Origin: Promethearchaeota archaeon
GTDB lineage: Archaea > Asgardarchaeota > Hermodarchaeia > Hermodarchaeales > Hermodarchaeaceae
Length of the DNA: 64,000 bases
Direction of reading: 5' to 3'
Assembly (NCBI GenBank): GCA_048938385.1
Contig: JBHLMG010000009.1
Location: 6,620 to 70,619 of the forward strand
In this document: positions 55,255-63,649 of the stretch, piece after piece
Numbering within the stretch: position 1 is the first letter of the stretch
Layout of the letters: each line of letters opens with the position of its first letter
The notes under the pieces: generated by a model
Databases searched by the model: none
What the model saw: only the letters and a program-made list of their open reading frames with translations
What the model was told of the DNA's origin: nothing
Translations under genes and position numbers: made by a program

Positions 55255-58200
55255 ATGCTCCAACAACTCCTCCTTAACATGGGTCAAGTCTACACCGCAT
55301 TTGGTGCTGTTCTCGCGGCTGGACTCGGAGCTGCAGGAGCTGCCATAGGCATCGGCTACAGTGGAAGCGCCATGATTAGCGCGGTAGCTGAAAAACCTCA
55401 ATCCTTCAGTAAAAGCATGATCACAGTGGTTCTTGCTGAAGCTCTCGCTATCTATGGACTCCTCGCCAGTTTCATGCTTCTTATGCGCATCGGGACAATC
55501 ACTAACGAAGCCCAAGGCCTCGTCGCTCTTGGTGCTGGACTGGCCATCGGTTTATCGTGCATTGGTGCTGGCATCGGTATCGCACGAGCAGGTAGCGCTA
55601 TGGCGACAGGCACCGCAGCTGCCCCCGAAACTTTCAGCAAAGCCCTCGTCTCCGTCGTCCTCGCTGAGGCCCTTGCTATCTATGGGCTTCTCACTAGCTT
55701 TATGCTTCTTATGCGCGTCGAAACGGCATCCTACATCGGACAAGGTCTGGTAGCAATCGCCGCAGGGTTAGGCATTGGGTTAGCAGCCCTCGGTGCTGGC
55801 GTCGGTATATCAAAAACTGGAGCAGCTCTCAACAAAGCCCTAGCTACTGCTCCTGAAACCTTCAGCAAAGGCTTAGTAGGCGTCGTGTTAGCCGAAGCCC
55901 TGGGTATCTACGGCTTGCTCTCGAGTTTCATGCTGCTCATGCGCATTGAAACCGTCACACTCCAAAGCCAAGGATTCATAGCAATCGCTGCTGCCTTCGG
56001 TGTAGGACTGGCTGCCCTTGGTGCTGGCATTGGTATCGCGTCGAGCGGGGCCTCGTTATCAGAAAGCCTGACCAAACGCCCAGAAATCTTCAGTAAGGGT
56101 TTGGTCAGCGTCGTGTTAGCCGAAGCCCTAGGTATCTACGGCTTGCTCTCGAGTTTCATGCTGCTCATGCGCATTGAAACCGCTACAGCAATCGCTCAAG
56201 GACTAGCTGGAATTGGTGCTGGATTAGCTGTCGGAATCGCAGGTTTTGGGGCTGGTATCGGTATTGCCCAAGCCGGTGGCGCACTCAGCAAAGCCCTCGT
56301 CGAAGCCCCTGAAGCCTTTAGTAAGGGTTTGGTCAGCGTCGTGTTAGCCGAAGCCCTGGGTATCTATGGGCTCTTAGCGAGCTTCATGTTGCTCATGCGC
56401 ATCGAATCCGTCGCAATAGCGGCACAAGGATACCTTGCGGTTGCAGCAAGTCTAGGTGTAGGTTTAGCAGCATTCGGTGCTGGTATCGGTATCGCCTCCG
56501 CAGGAGCAGCCTTATCACAAAGCCTTGTCGATCGTCCTGAAGTATTCAGCAAGGGCTTGGTCAGCGTCGTGTTAGCCGAAGCCCTGGGTATCTATGGGCT
56601 CTTAGCGAGCTTCATGTTGCTCATGCGCATCGAATCCGTCACTGAAATCGGTCAAGGACTAGTGGGTTTATCTGCTGCACTTGCCATCGGACTTGCTGCA
56701 ATTGGTGCAGGGTTTGGCATTGCCAAGGCAGGCGCGTCTATTAATAGAACACTTGTTGTCGCTCCTGAAGCCTTCAGTAAGGGTTTGGTCAGCGTCGTGT
56801 TAGCCGAAGCCCTGGGTATCTACGGGTTGTTAGCCAGCTTCATGTTGTTGATGCGTATTGAGTCGGTCACAGGGATAGGTCAAGGCTTCATGGGAATGGC
56901 AGCCGCTATCTCGGTTGGTATTGCTGGTATTGGCGCGGGTATCGGTATAGCTTTTGCAGGCCAGGCACTTTCGCAAAGCCTTGGTGAGCGGCCTGAAATC
57001 TTCAGTAAAGGTCTAATCGGCGTCGTTCTCGCTGAAGCTCTCGCCATCTATGGTTTACTGGCAGGTTTCATGTTGCTGATGCGTATCGACACGATTAACA
57101 TCGATATCAGTATAGGTATGAGTCAAGGCGTCGTCGGAATTGGCGGGGGCATCGCAATTGGGCTCGCGGCATTTGGTGCGGGAATTGGCATTGCCCAAGC
57201 AGGCGCAAGCATGTCTCGCACGATCGTTCACGCTCCTGAAACCTTCAGTAAAGGCCTCGTCAGCGTAGTGTTAGCAGAGGCACTTGGCATCTATGGATTA
57301 CTAACGAGTTTCATGTTGTTAATGCGAATAGATTCTGTAACTCAAATCGGTCAAAGTATCATTGCAATTGGTGCTGGACTTGCCATTGGCTTGGCCGCGT
57401 TAGGTGCTGGTCTTGGTATTGCGGCCGCTGGCGCTGCCTTGTCACGAAGTCTCGCAGCACGACCTGAAGTTTTCAGTAAGGGTTTGGTCAGCGTCGTGTT
57501 AGCCGAAGCCCTGGGTATCTATGGGCTCTTAGCGAGCTTCATGTTGCTCATGCGCATCGAATCCGTGGTTGATTTGACTCCTGGGTTACTTGCCATAGGT
57601 GCAAGTGTTAGTATCGGCCTCGCTGCCATTGGGGCGGGTATTGGTATTGCATCAAGTGGATCTGCTTTATCCGAAGGATTAGTGCATCGCCCTGAGATTT
57701 TCAGTAAAGGCTTGGTAGCCGTTGTTTTAGCCGAAGCCCTTGGAATTTACGGACTACTTTCAAGCTTCATGCTTCTGATGCGAATAGAAACCGCAACAGC
57801 AATTGGTCAAGGCATGGTTGGCATTGGAGCTGGCGCAGCCATTGGGCTGGCAGCAATTGGTGGAGGTGTCGGAATTGCTTTATCTGGTGCTGCACTCAGC
57901 CACAGTCTTGTAGATGCTCCTGAAGCTTTCTCCAAGGGCTTGGTGAGTGTTGTACTGGCTGAGGCGCTTGGGATTTATGGCCTATTGATGAGTTTTATGT
58001 TAATTATGCGAATTGATACAGTGACCGATCCCAGTCAGGGGTTGATGGCTCTTGGCACAGCAGTAGCGGTGGGATTTGCGTGTTTTGGAGCTGGGTTTGG
58101 TATTGCTCACGCAGGTTCGGCTCTCGCTAGGACTATCGCCTCGGAGCCAGGCTCTTTCAGTAAGGGGTTGGTGGCGGTGGTGTTGGCGGAGGCCCTTGGG

Positions 58201-58695
58201 ATATATGGATTGCTGGTGGGATTTATGGTGGTTATGCGTGTGGAATCGGCCCTATTGTTAGCACAAGGATGGCTAGCAATTGGTGCAGGGTTGGCCATTG
58301 GTATAGCGGGAATTGGGGGCGGTTTGGGTATTGGCTATTCGGGTGGAGCACTGTGTACAAGTATTCGATCGGCCCCGGAGACTTTCAGTAAGGGGTTGGT
58401 GGCGGTGGTGTTGGCGGAGGCCCTTGGGATATATGGATTACTGACATCATTTATGTTAGTAATGCGGTTGGATGCAATTGGGGATATTGGTGCATTTATC
58501 GGGGTTGCTGCAGCTGCAACGGTCGGATTGGGGACTTTGATGGCAGGGATTGCGATTGGTTGGGCTGGGGCAGGATTAATTGGTGGGATTGCGAAGAAAC
58601 CGGGGATTTTTAGCAAATCGATGGTGCCAGTTGTGCTTGCCGAGGCGCTTGCTATTTATGCGTTGTTAGTAGCCTTTATGCTTATAATGCGTATT
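55255..58695 (+). repeat. 15 in-frame tandem repeats of ~228 bp (coding), with patches of perfect DNA identity
   Basis: Unit boundaries are 55255, 55492, 55720, 55948, 56176, 56404, 56632, 56860, 57088, 57331, 57559, 57787, 58015, 58243 and 58471. Identical 81-bp blocks lie at 56331-56411, 56559-56639 and 57486-57566. Confidence 0.9.
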
Positions 58696-58698
58696 TAA
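55255..58698 (+). CDS. atpK: A/V-type ATPase proteolipid subunit K/c consisting of 15 covalently fused hairpins (30 predicted TM helices)
   Basis: A 1147-aa ORF made of 15 tandem units (79, 7x76, 81, 5x76, 75 aa). Each unit has the form G-rich TM1 / xPExFSKG loop / VVLAEALGIYGLLxSFMLLMRI. All 15 retain the Glu in VLAEAL. Confidence 0.9.
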   Translation: MLQQLLLNMGQVYTAFGAVLAAGLGAAGAAIGIGYSGSAMISAVAEKPQSFSKSMITVVLAEALAIYGLLASFMLLMRIGTITNEAQGLVALGAGLAIGLSCIGAGIGIARAGSAMATGTAAAPETFSKALVSVVLAEALAIYGLLTSFMLLMRVETASYIGQGLVAIAAGLGIGLAALGAGVGISKTGAALNKALATAPETFSKGLVGVVLAEALGIYGLLSSFMLLMRIETVTLQSQGFIAIAAAFGVGLAALGAGIGIASSGASLSESLTKRPEIFSKGLVSVVLAEALGIYGLLSSFMLLMRIETATAIAQGLAGIGAGLAVGIAGFGAGIGIAQAGGALSKALVEAPEAFSKGLVSVVLAEALGIYGLLASFMLLMRIESVAIAAQGYLAVAASLGVGLAAFGAGIGIASAGAALSQSLVDRPEVFSKGLVSVVLAEALGIYGLLASFMLLMRIESVTEIGQGLVGLSAALAIGLAAIGAGFGIAKAGASINRTLVVAPEAFSKGLVSVVLAEALGIYGLLASFMLLMRIESVTGIGQGFMGMAAAISVGIAGIGAGIGIAFAGQALSQSLGERPEIFSKGLIGVVLAEALAIYGLLAGFMLLMRIDTINIDISIGMSQGVVGIGGGIAIGLAAFGAGIGIAQAGASMSRTIVHAPETFSKGLVSVVLAEALGIYGLLTSFMLLMRIDSVTQIGQSIIAIGAGLAIGLAALGAGLGIAAAGAALSRSLAARPEVFSKGLVSVVLAEALGIYGLLASFMLLMRIESVVDLTPGLLAIGASVSIGLAAIGAGIGIASSGSALSEGLVHRPEIFSKGLVAVVLAEALGIYGLLSSFMLLMRIETATAIGQGMVGIGAGAAIGLAAIGGGVGIALSGAALSHSLVDAPEAFSKGLVSVVLAEALGIYGLLMSFMLIMRIDTVTDPSQGLMALGTAVAVGFACFGAGFGIAHAGSALARTIASEPGSFSKGLVAVVLAEALGIYGLLVGFMVVMRVESALLLAQGWLAIGAGLAIGIAGIGGGLGIGYSGGALCTSIRSAPETFSKGLVAVVLAEALGIYGLLTSFMLVMRLDAIGDIGAFIGVAAAATVGLGTLMAGIAIGWAGAGLIGGIAKKPGIFSKSMVPVVLAEALAIYALLVAFMLIMRI

Positions 58699-58740
58699 GA
58701 TTTTGACTGTTTGTACTTTTCTCACGGCTTTTTGTTTATA
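58699..58740 (+). terminator. T-rich tract after atpK (archaeal oligo-T terminator candidate)
   Basis: gattttgactgtttgtacttttctcacggctttttgttt follows immediately after the TAA. Confidence 0.3.
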
Positions 58741-58801
58741 CAGTTGTGTATTACATTCGCAGTAATGATCACCAAGCTGACTGTATTCACTAGCATACCT
58801 C

Positions 58802-59743
58802 TCATTTTTTTTCTTGAGGAGCAGCGGTTAGAAGGATCGTAGGCGGAGAGGTTTCTCCATGTTTGTGAATCGCTGCAATAGCTTCATGGAATTCTTCGAC
58901 AGCATGTTTTCGGTCAGGTTTGGGGATTTTTTGTGAATCAAGCCAAAAAAGCGGAGGTGTGGCGGCCAACCGGAAATCATGGATAGAGCTTTTCGCTATG
59001 GTATATCCTGCCTTCTCAACTAAGATTCGTAATTCATCTTCCGAAAGAAGCGGCAGATCACCTTGTTTATGTTTGATCCGAAGGTTATACAGCTGAAGGT
59101 GTGCTTCCTGAGCCTTGGTTTTTGCATAGGGTAGAGATTCAGCAATGCTCATGGTTCCGTGAGGACCGATGATTCGTGCCATTTGACGAAGAGCATCAAC
59201 GAATACAATGGGAGAGGATAGGTTTCGTATACTATGAATATTGAGACACATAAGCCCTGTTTTCGATTTGAGAGGAGGGGAGAGAATATCACCGCGAATT
59301 CCTAAAGGATTGAGCTGTAATTTCTTCGCAGTGATGATCCAGTTCTGCCACCAGTCAAATCGTCCTCCTCCGTTCATTAAATCAATCCCCAATGTTAATG
59401 CCCCCTGTAAAGCTGCCGCTATAGTTGTATAACCTCTTCCACATCCCACATCTAACACTACGGCATCTTTTGCAATCTCAAGTTTTCTAATCAGAAGCAG
59501 CCTTTCTTTACCAATATCTGAGGTTTTGTACAGGTCTCGATATGAAAGGGTAGTTTTATCGATTAAATCTGCGACAAAATCGGAGCAAATCCTTAAGCGA
59601 GTCATGAATTCTTTTGGACTAAGACCGAAAAATGAACGATATGGGGGGAGTTCTATATCCATTTGATGCAAATCCGCTAGTCGTTGTGCCGCTTGCATAC
59701 AAAGGAGTGCTAAGTTAATGTTCATTATCAGACTTCTCATCAA
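58802..59743 (-). CDS. Class I SAM-dependent methyltransferase
   Basis: VLDVGCGRGYTT is motif I and GIDLMNG is motif II. The length and layout are typical of the family. Confidence 0.7.
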   Translation of the reverse strand: MMRSLIMNINLALLCMQAAQRLADLHQMDIELPPYRSFFGLSPKEFMTRLRICSDFVADLIDKTTLSYRDLYKTSDIGKERLLLIRKLEIAKDAVVLDVGCGRGYTTIAAALQGALTLGIDLMNGGGRFDWWQNWIITAKKLQLNPLGIRGDILSPPLKSKTGLMCLNIHSIRNLSSPIVFVDALRQMARIIGPHGTMSIAESLPYAKTKAQEAHLQLYNLRIKHKQGDLPLLSEDELRILVEKAGYTIAKSSIHDFRLAATPPLFWLDSQKIPKPDRKHAVEEFHEAIAAIHKHGETSPPTILLTAAPQEKK

Positions 59744-59870
59744 ACTGATTGAATTAGTGTAGTAATCAACCCATCTCTACGGTAGGTATTTCATTGCATC
59801 ACAAAAAGTATATCCTCTTACTCTTTATGATACGAGAAAGAATTATTGCTCCTATTCTTAAGGAGGCGTA

Positions 59871-60479
59871 TTGATGCAAGCTAGACCCACAAAACAACAA
59901 CATCCAGAATTTAACCTAGAAGCCCTTCTATCTCTGCTCGGTCTTCTTCTCGGTTTCCTATTCATTGTTGTCATTTATGTTCTTGAGAATCCTCAGGAAG
60001 TTTTTTCAGCGTGGGGCTTCCCACTCATTTTCTATCTCCTGATATGCTACGCCATTGGGCTTACTAACATTGCCCTTATCATCAGCCATGAAGTTAATCT
60101 ATACTTGTTGAATAGACTAGCCACCCTCGATCCAGAAAAAATCCCGGCTGCAAAATTTACAGAACTTAGTCAAAACATTCAACGCACTCTTCGACAAAGT
60201 ATTAAGCTATTCACATTCTTCATTTTTGGATTTGGCTTATTTCTAATTAATTTGGCGGGTTTCGCAGCAGCCAAAATTTTCTACTCCTTTTTTGCTCTCT
60301 TAGAGAGCTTAGTCTTCATACTCTGGAGTCCCTTAGCAGTTCTTCCTGTCCGGTTTATTGTTATGTTCTTAGTTCAATTCGTTCTGATTATACCTTTTGC
60401 AAGATACCAGGGTCTTATATGGGATTCTTACAAAGCGGTTGAACAAATCCAACTCCAAAGTATCAATTCAGAACAATAA
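59871..60479 (+). CDS. Hypothetical membrane protein (about 5 TM)
   Basis: Hydrophobic segments include LLSLLGLLLGFLFIVVIYVL, LIFYLLICYAIGLTNIALII and FTFFIFGFGLFLINLAGFAAA. Confidence 0.5.
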   Translation: MMQARPTKQQHPEFNLEALLSLLGLLLGFLFIVVIYVLENPQEVFSAWGFPLIFYLLICYAIGLTNIALIISHEVNLYLLNRLATLDPEKIPAAKFTELSQNIQRTLRQSIKLFTFFIFGFGLFLINLAGFAAAKIFYSFFALLESLVFILWSPLAVLPVRFIVMFLVQFVLIIPFARYQGLIWDSYKAVEQIQLQSINSEQ

Positions 60480-60556
60480 TGAACTTCTGGGAGTTTCGAA
60501 AGGGTCAAGAACGGTTTCAGCTAAAGTAAATGTGTTAACATAAGGGTGTGTCTTCC

Positions 60557-61594
60557 ATGACTGAGGATCGCTATAGTCGATTTCGCGTACTAGATGGGAT
60601 TGGTGGGAATGGGCTTCAGCGTTTGCGTAATGCTCGAGTAGCCGTAATAGGAATTGGTGGGCTCGGGAGCGTGTCCGCTCGGCAATTAGCATCTCTGGGT
60701 GTAGGATTCCTCCGCATTGTTGACCGAGACATTGTAGAATTATCGAATTTACAGCGTCAACTTCTTTACACGGTAAAGGATGTTGGTAAACCCAAGGTTG
60801 AAGTGGCAACAAGACGGTTAAACGAGTTGAATCCCGATGTCACCGTTGAACCGATGGCTCTTTCAGTAACCGAAGTCACAGCCGATCGTGTTGTGGAGGG
60901 GATGGATGTTGTGTTGGATGGGTTGGATAGCTTTAAGCCACGATATGCATTGAATCGGGCCTGTGTACGTAACAAGATACCTTATGTGTTTGCCGGAGCG
61001 CTTGCTGCAGTTGGGAATTTGACAACGATCATTCCTGGACGCACGGCATGTTTAGAGTGTATCTTCGGTGGGATTGGTGAGGATCAACCGACATGTGCGA
61101 CAGTTGGTATCTATCCCACGGTCGTAGGGGTCATTGCAAACCTTCAGGTCCAAGAAGCACTTCACCTTATCTTAGGGCGTTCCCCAATGCTTGCTAATGA
61201 ATTACTCATGTTTGATATTGAGCGGTTCCGCCTAGACCAGATCCCAATCCAGTCCCATGAGAATTGTCCAGTGTGTGGTAAAAATGCTGATCTTAGAGTC
61301 CCTGAATTAACTTCTATATTGGAAATCACAGAGTTATGTACTGAAGAGACTTTTCTTGTACACTCACATGAGGCTATTTCCATTGATATCTTAAAGGCTG
61401 CAGAAATTCTTAGTAAATACTACCCTGTTATTGCTCAAAGTACGCTTGGTGTTCAGGTACAATTTACGCAGGATGTAGAGGTTAGTATCGTCGGTGAAGG
61501 AAATCTTCTGATTAAAGGCATTAAATCACCGAAAACCGCAGAAGAAATTTACAATCAAATCCTCAGAGAAATAAAGGCTGCAGTACTTCCTTAA
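60557..61594 (+). CDS. ThiF/MoeB/UbaA-type E1-like adenylyltransferase with a ~100-aa extra C-terminal domain
   Basis: RYSRF...VAVIGIGGLGS is the nucleotide loop. It is followed by RIVDRDIVELSNLQRQ, the catalytic-Cys context CATVGIYPTVVGVIANLQVQEAL, and the zinc pairs CLEC + CPVC. The start is set at the ATG at 60557. Confidence 0.8.
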   Translation: MTEDRYSRFRVLDGIGGNGLQRLRNARVAVIGIGGLGSVSARQLASLGVGFLRIVDRDIVELSNLQRQLLYTVKDVGKPKVEVATRRLNELNPDVTVEPMALSVTEVTADRVVEGMDVVLDGLDSFKPRYALNRACVRNKIPYVFAGALAAVGNLTTIIPGRTACLECIFGGIGEDQPTCATVGIYPTVVGVIANLQVQEALHLILGRSPMLANELLMFDIERFRLDQIPIQSHENCPVCGKNADLRVPELTSILEITELCTEETFLVHSHEAISIDILKAAEILSKYYPVIAQSTLGVQVQFTQDVEVSIVGEGNLLIKGIKSPKTAEEIYNQILREIKAAVLP

Positions 61595-61818
61595 AATAAG
61601 GCGTATACTATGATTGCTGAAGTGGAAATAACTCAAAACTAGAGATGCTATTTTATCAGCTTCTTCAGTAGTCGTAATTCTTAGAGGAACTCGCGTTGTA
61701 AGAAGAAGGGCTGAGATCAGGTTCAGTAAATTAAGGTCTATGGATGGCCCCGTATTCTCATTGTAGCTGCTCAAAAGTTTTAACACAGATGGGTTAGGTG
61801 TTTGTGAGGTAATTGCCT

Positions 61819-62181
61819 ATGACAACTGATGTATTATATTCTGGAGCCAGTGTGCTCATTTCTATTAAGGCTACATATCAGGTGCGAGATGAAAGTGGGT
61901 TAGTAACAGTGGAAAAAACCTCTGGAGCGCTTGTCTTAACTGAAAAGGAGATAGTGTTTCTGGAGGTCAAAGGCGTTTTTAAGAAGGAGAGGAAACGATT
62001 GCATAGTTTTTCTGTAAAAAACTTAGTCGGGTATAGCTATGAGCAATGGGGTAGTGGGGATGTCTCGTTCTATTTGATGTATGAAGACGAGTCAGGAACA
62101 AGACATAATCTCATCTACAGTTGTAGCAAGAAAAACTATGAGAAGTTCATTGGGAAAATTAAGGAGCATGGCTTTTTTTAG
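61819..62181 (+). CDS. Small PH-like (bacterial-PH/GRAM-like) domain protein
   Basis: The pattern GALVLTEKEIVFLEVKGVFKKERKRLHSFSVKNLVGYSYE...VSFYLMY... followed by a C-terminal helix KKNYEKFIGKIKE fits a PH-like beta-sandwich plus helix. This is inferred from the sequence pattern only. Confidence 0.4.
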   Translation: MTTDVLYSGASVLISIKATYQVRDESGLVTVEKTSGALVLTEKEIVFLEVKGVFKKERKRLHSFSVKNLVGYSYEQWGSGDVSFYLMYEDESGTRHNLIYSCSKKNYEKFIGKIKEHGFF

Positions 62182-62199
62182 ACTTAACGCGCTTATTTG

Positions 62200-62586
62200 T
62201 TATTTTTGTGAGGTTATTCGTGCGTTGAAGCTTTTCCGTGCCTCAATGTTAGCGAAGGGTTCGAGGTGCACGACAGTATACTCCTCGACCTCTTCCTCGT
62301 TGTCGCTGTGTTTTTCATGAAGAATTAGGTAGGTGCTAACACCTTCTCTCACGGAAAGATAGGCCATGCGTTTGTCAAGAGTTAACAGAGACCAACCTTG
62401 CTGTTTGGCATATCCAATGATTTCTTCATCGGTGTGTCCAATGAGATCAGGATAATCGTGAACTGAGTGACACTGCCAGTTTTCAGATTGTAATAGTTGG
62501 TAGAGTTGTCCACTAAGAGTTTTCGAGGATGTACTCAAATTCTCATCAAAGATAATTTCTTTTCGTGTCACAGGGAGCACCTTCAA
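62200..62586 (-). CDS. DUF5615-type PIN-like (Mut7-C-like) domain protein
   Basis: IIFDENLS...HSVHDYPDLIGHTDEEIIGYAKQQGWSLLTLDKRM follows the DUF5615 consensus (lLlDENl....l...G..v.hv...gl.g..D.eIl..A...gr.lvT.DkDF). Confidence 0.5.
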   Translation of the reverse strand: MKVLPVTRKEIIFDENLSTSSKTLSGQLYQLLQSENWQCHSVHDYPDLIGHTDEEIIGYAKQQGWSLLTLDKRMAYLSVREGVSTYLILHEKHSDNEEEVEEYTVVHLEPFANIEARKSFNARITSQK

Positions 62587-62593
62587 ATTTGAT

Positions 62594-63643
62594 TTATAGA
62601 ATAAGAACTCGAAGTATGATATTTGGATCTAGCTGGTCAGCTTTACCGTTCATTAAGGCTTTGAGATTAAGTATCTCATACCATTTCAGGTTGAGGTATC
62701 CAAGCACAATGCCAAAATGGAATGGGTATCCAAGAAGTGCATCGACACTTGTTCTGCGGATTTCCTCATGAAAGACCTTTTCAAAGGTGTACAAATTCTG
62801 GTATTGCTCATAGGCTTCCCAACTTTGACCAATCATGTATCCATAGCTGCTTTCTTGGAGTTTTTGAACACGCTCTTCGAAGTTTCTTGTATGAATGGCT
62901 TCTTTGCAAAGGGTCAGTGGAAGCCGGTGTTCGACTTGGAGAAGGAGGTTTTCTGCATCCCTGGAATCTATCCCCAGAAAGTGGGTACGAAGGGTAGTCA
63001 TGAAGTTAATGAGATCAATTTCTATGCCTACTAGTTTAGATGTAACTTCTCGATCAAGACCGTTCAGTTTATTAGCTTCGCGGTAGAGGTTTTCAAGAAT
63101 TACAGCATCAATTGCCTGCTCAACAACAACGAGTCGTCCAGTTTTTTCATATTGCGGTAAAAGATCTACAACAAGTTGTTGGAAATATTGGTCAGGGAGG
63201 TTAGTGACAAGTTCTCTCAAGTCTTTTGCATTTAAAAGTTTGAGAAGCACTTCGGTCGTGAAGGGTGACACAGGGATGAGTAGACGCTCTGCAGTTTCTT
63301 GATCTTTTTCGGTTACAAAAAGGCGAAGTAGTGGTTTCACAACTTCACGTTGGAATTTTCGATTGATCCAATTCATTATTGGCTGCAACGCTTTAGGGAT
63401 ATCTTCGTAAATTTCTGTGAGTACACGGTTGAAGTCTAACTTGAGAGCTTGTTCCACCTCAATTGGAGAAGCCTTCTCGTCGAAATCTTTTATGATTTCA
63501 GAGTAACTAGTTGCATCCAAAACTCGGAGGGCGGCGTTCATATCTCGGGCGCCAAGAAGCGCATCCCAATGTTCCTTGGTTAACATGTCAGCTTTAAATC
63601 CACGAATTTTCGCGTTAATGAAGCTGTACTTCGCGACAGACAT
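62594..63643 (-). CDS. atpC: A/V-type ATPase subunit C (eukaryotic V0 d homologue)
   Basis: YSFINAKIRGFKADMLTKEHWDALL...LDATSY... and a repeated helical-bundle layout through ...YLNLKWYEILNLKALMNGK fit the AC39/subunit C family. The length is 349 aa. Confidence 0.8.
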   Translation of the reverse strand: MSVAKYSFINAKIRGFKADMLTKEHWDALLGARDMNAALRVLDATSYSEIIKDFDEKASPIEVEQALKLDFNRVLTEIYEDIPKALQPIMNWINRKFQREVVKPLLRLFVTEKDQETAERLLIPVSPFTTEVLLKLLNAKDLRELVTNLPDQYFQQLVVDLLPQYEKTGRLVVVEQAIDAVILENLYREANKLNGLDREVTSKLVGIEIDLINFMTTLRTHFLGIDSRDAENLLLQVEHRLPLTLCKEAIHTRNFEERVQKLQESSYGYMIGQSWEAYEQYQNLYTFEKVFHEEIRRTSVDALLGYPFHFGIVLGYLNLKWYEILNLKALMNGKADQLDPNIILRVLIL

Positions 63644-63649
63644 TGTGCC

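Noticed and set aside
55433-58616. ORF-track entries in other frames or antisense within atpK (for example 55433..55753, 55452..55640, 55552..55743, 56364..56552, 58076..58261, 58107..58298, 58335..58616).
   Set aside because: These are shadow ORFs produced by the GC-rich, stop-poor Gly/Ala codon repeats. Their products are low-complexity (Pro/Ala/Ser-rich), and every one is fully nested in the strongly supported atpK frame.
55255-58698. A regular ~228-bp periodic repeat array that at first glance could be a CRISPR-like or satellite array.
   Set aside because: The units are in frame within a single 1147-codon ORF and encode proteolipid hairpins. The period is far longer than a CRISPR repeat plus spacer. 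There are no short conserved repeats separated by unique spacers, and no cas genes nearby.
60468-60812. A 114-aa minus-strand ORF overlapping the start of the E1-like gene.
   Set aside because: It lies antisense to the conserved nucleotide-binding loop region of the E1-like protein and has no recognisable features of its own.
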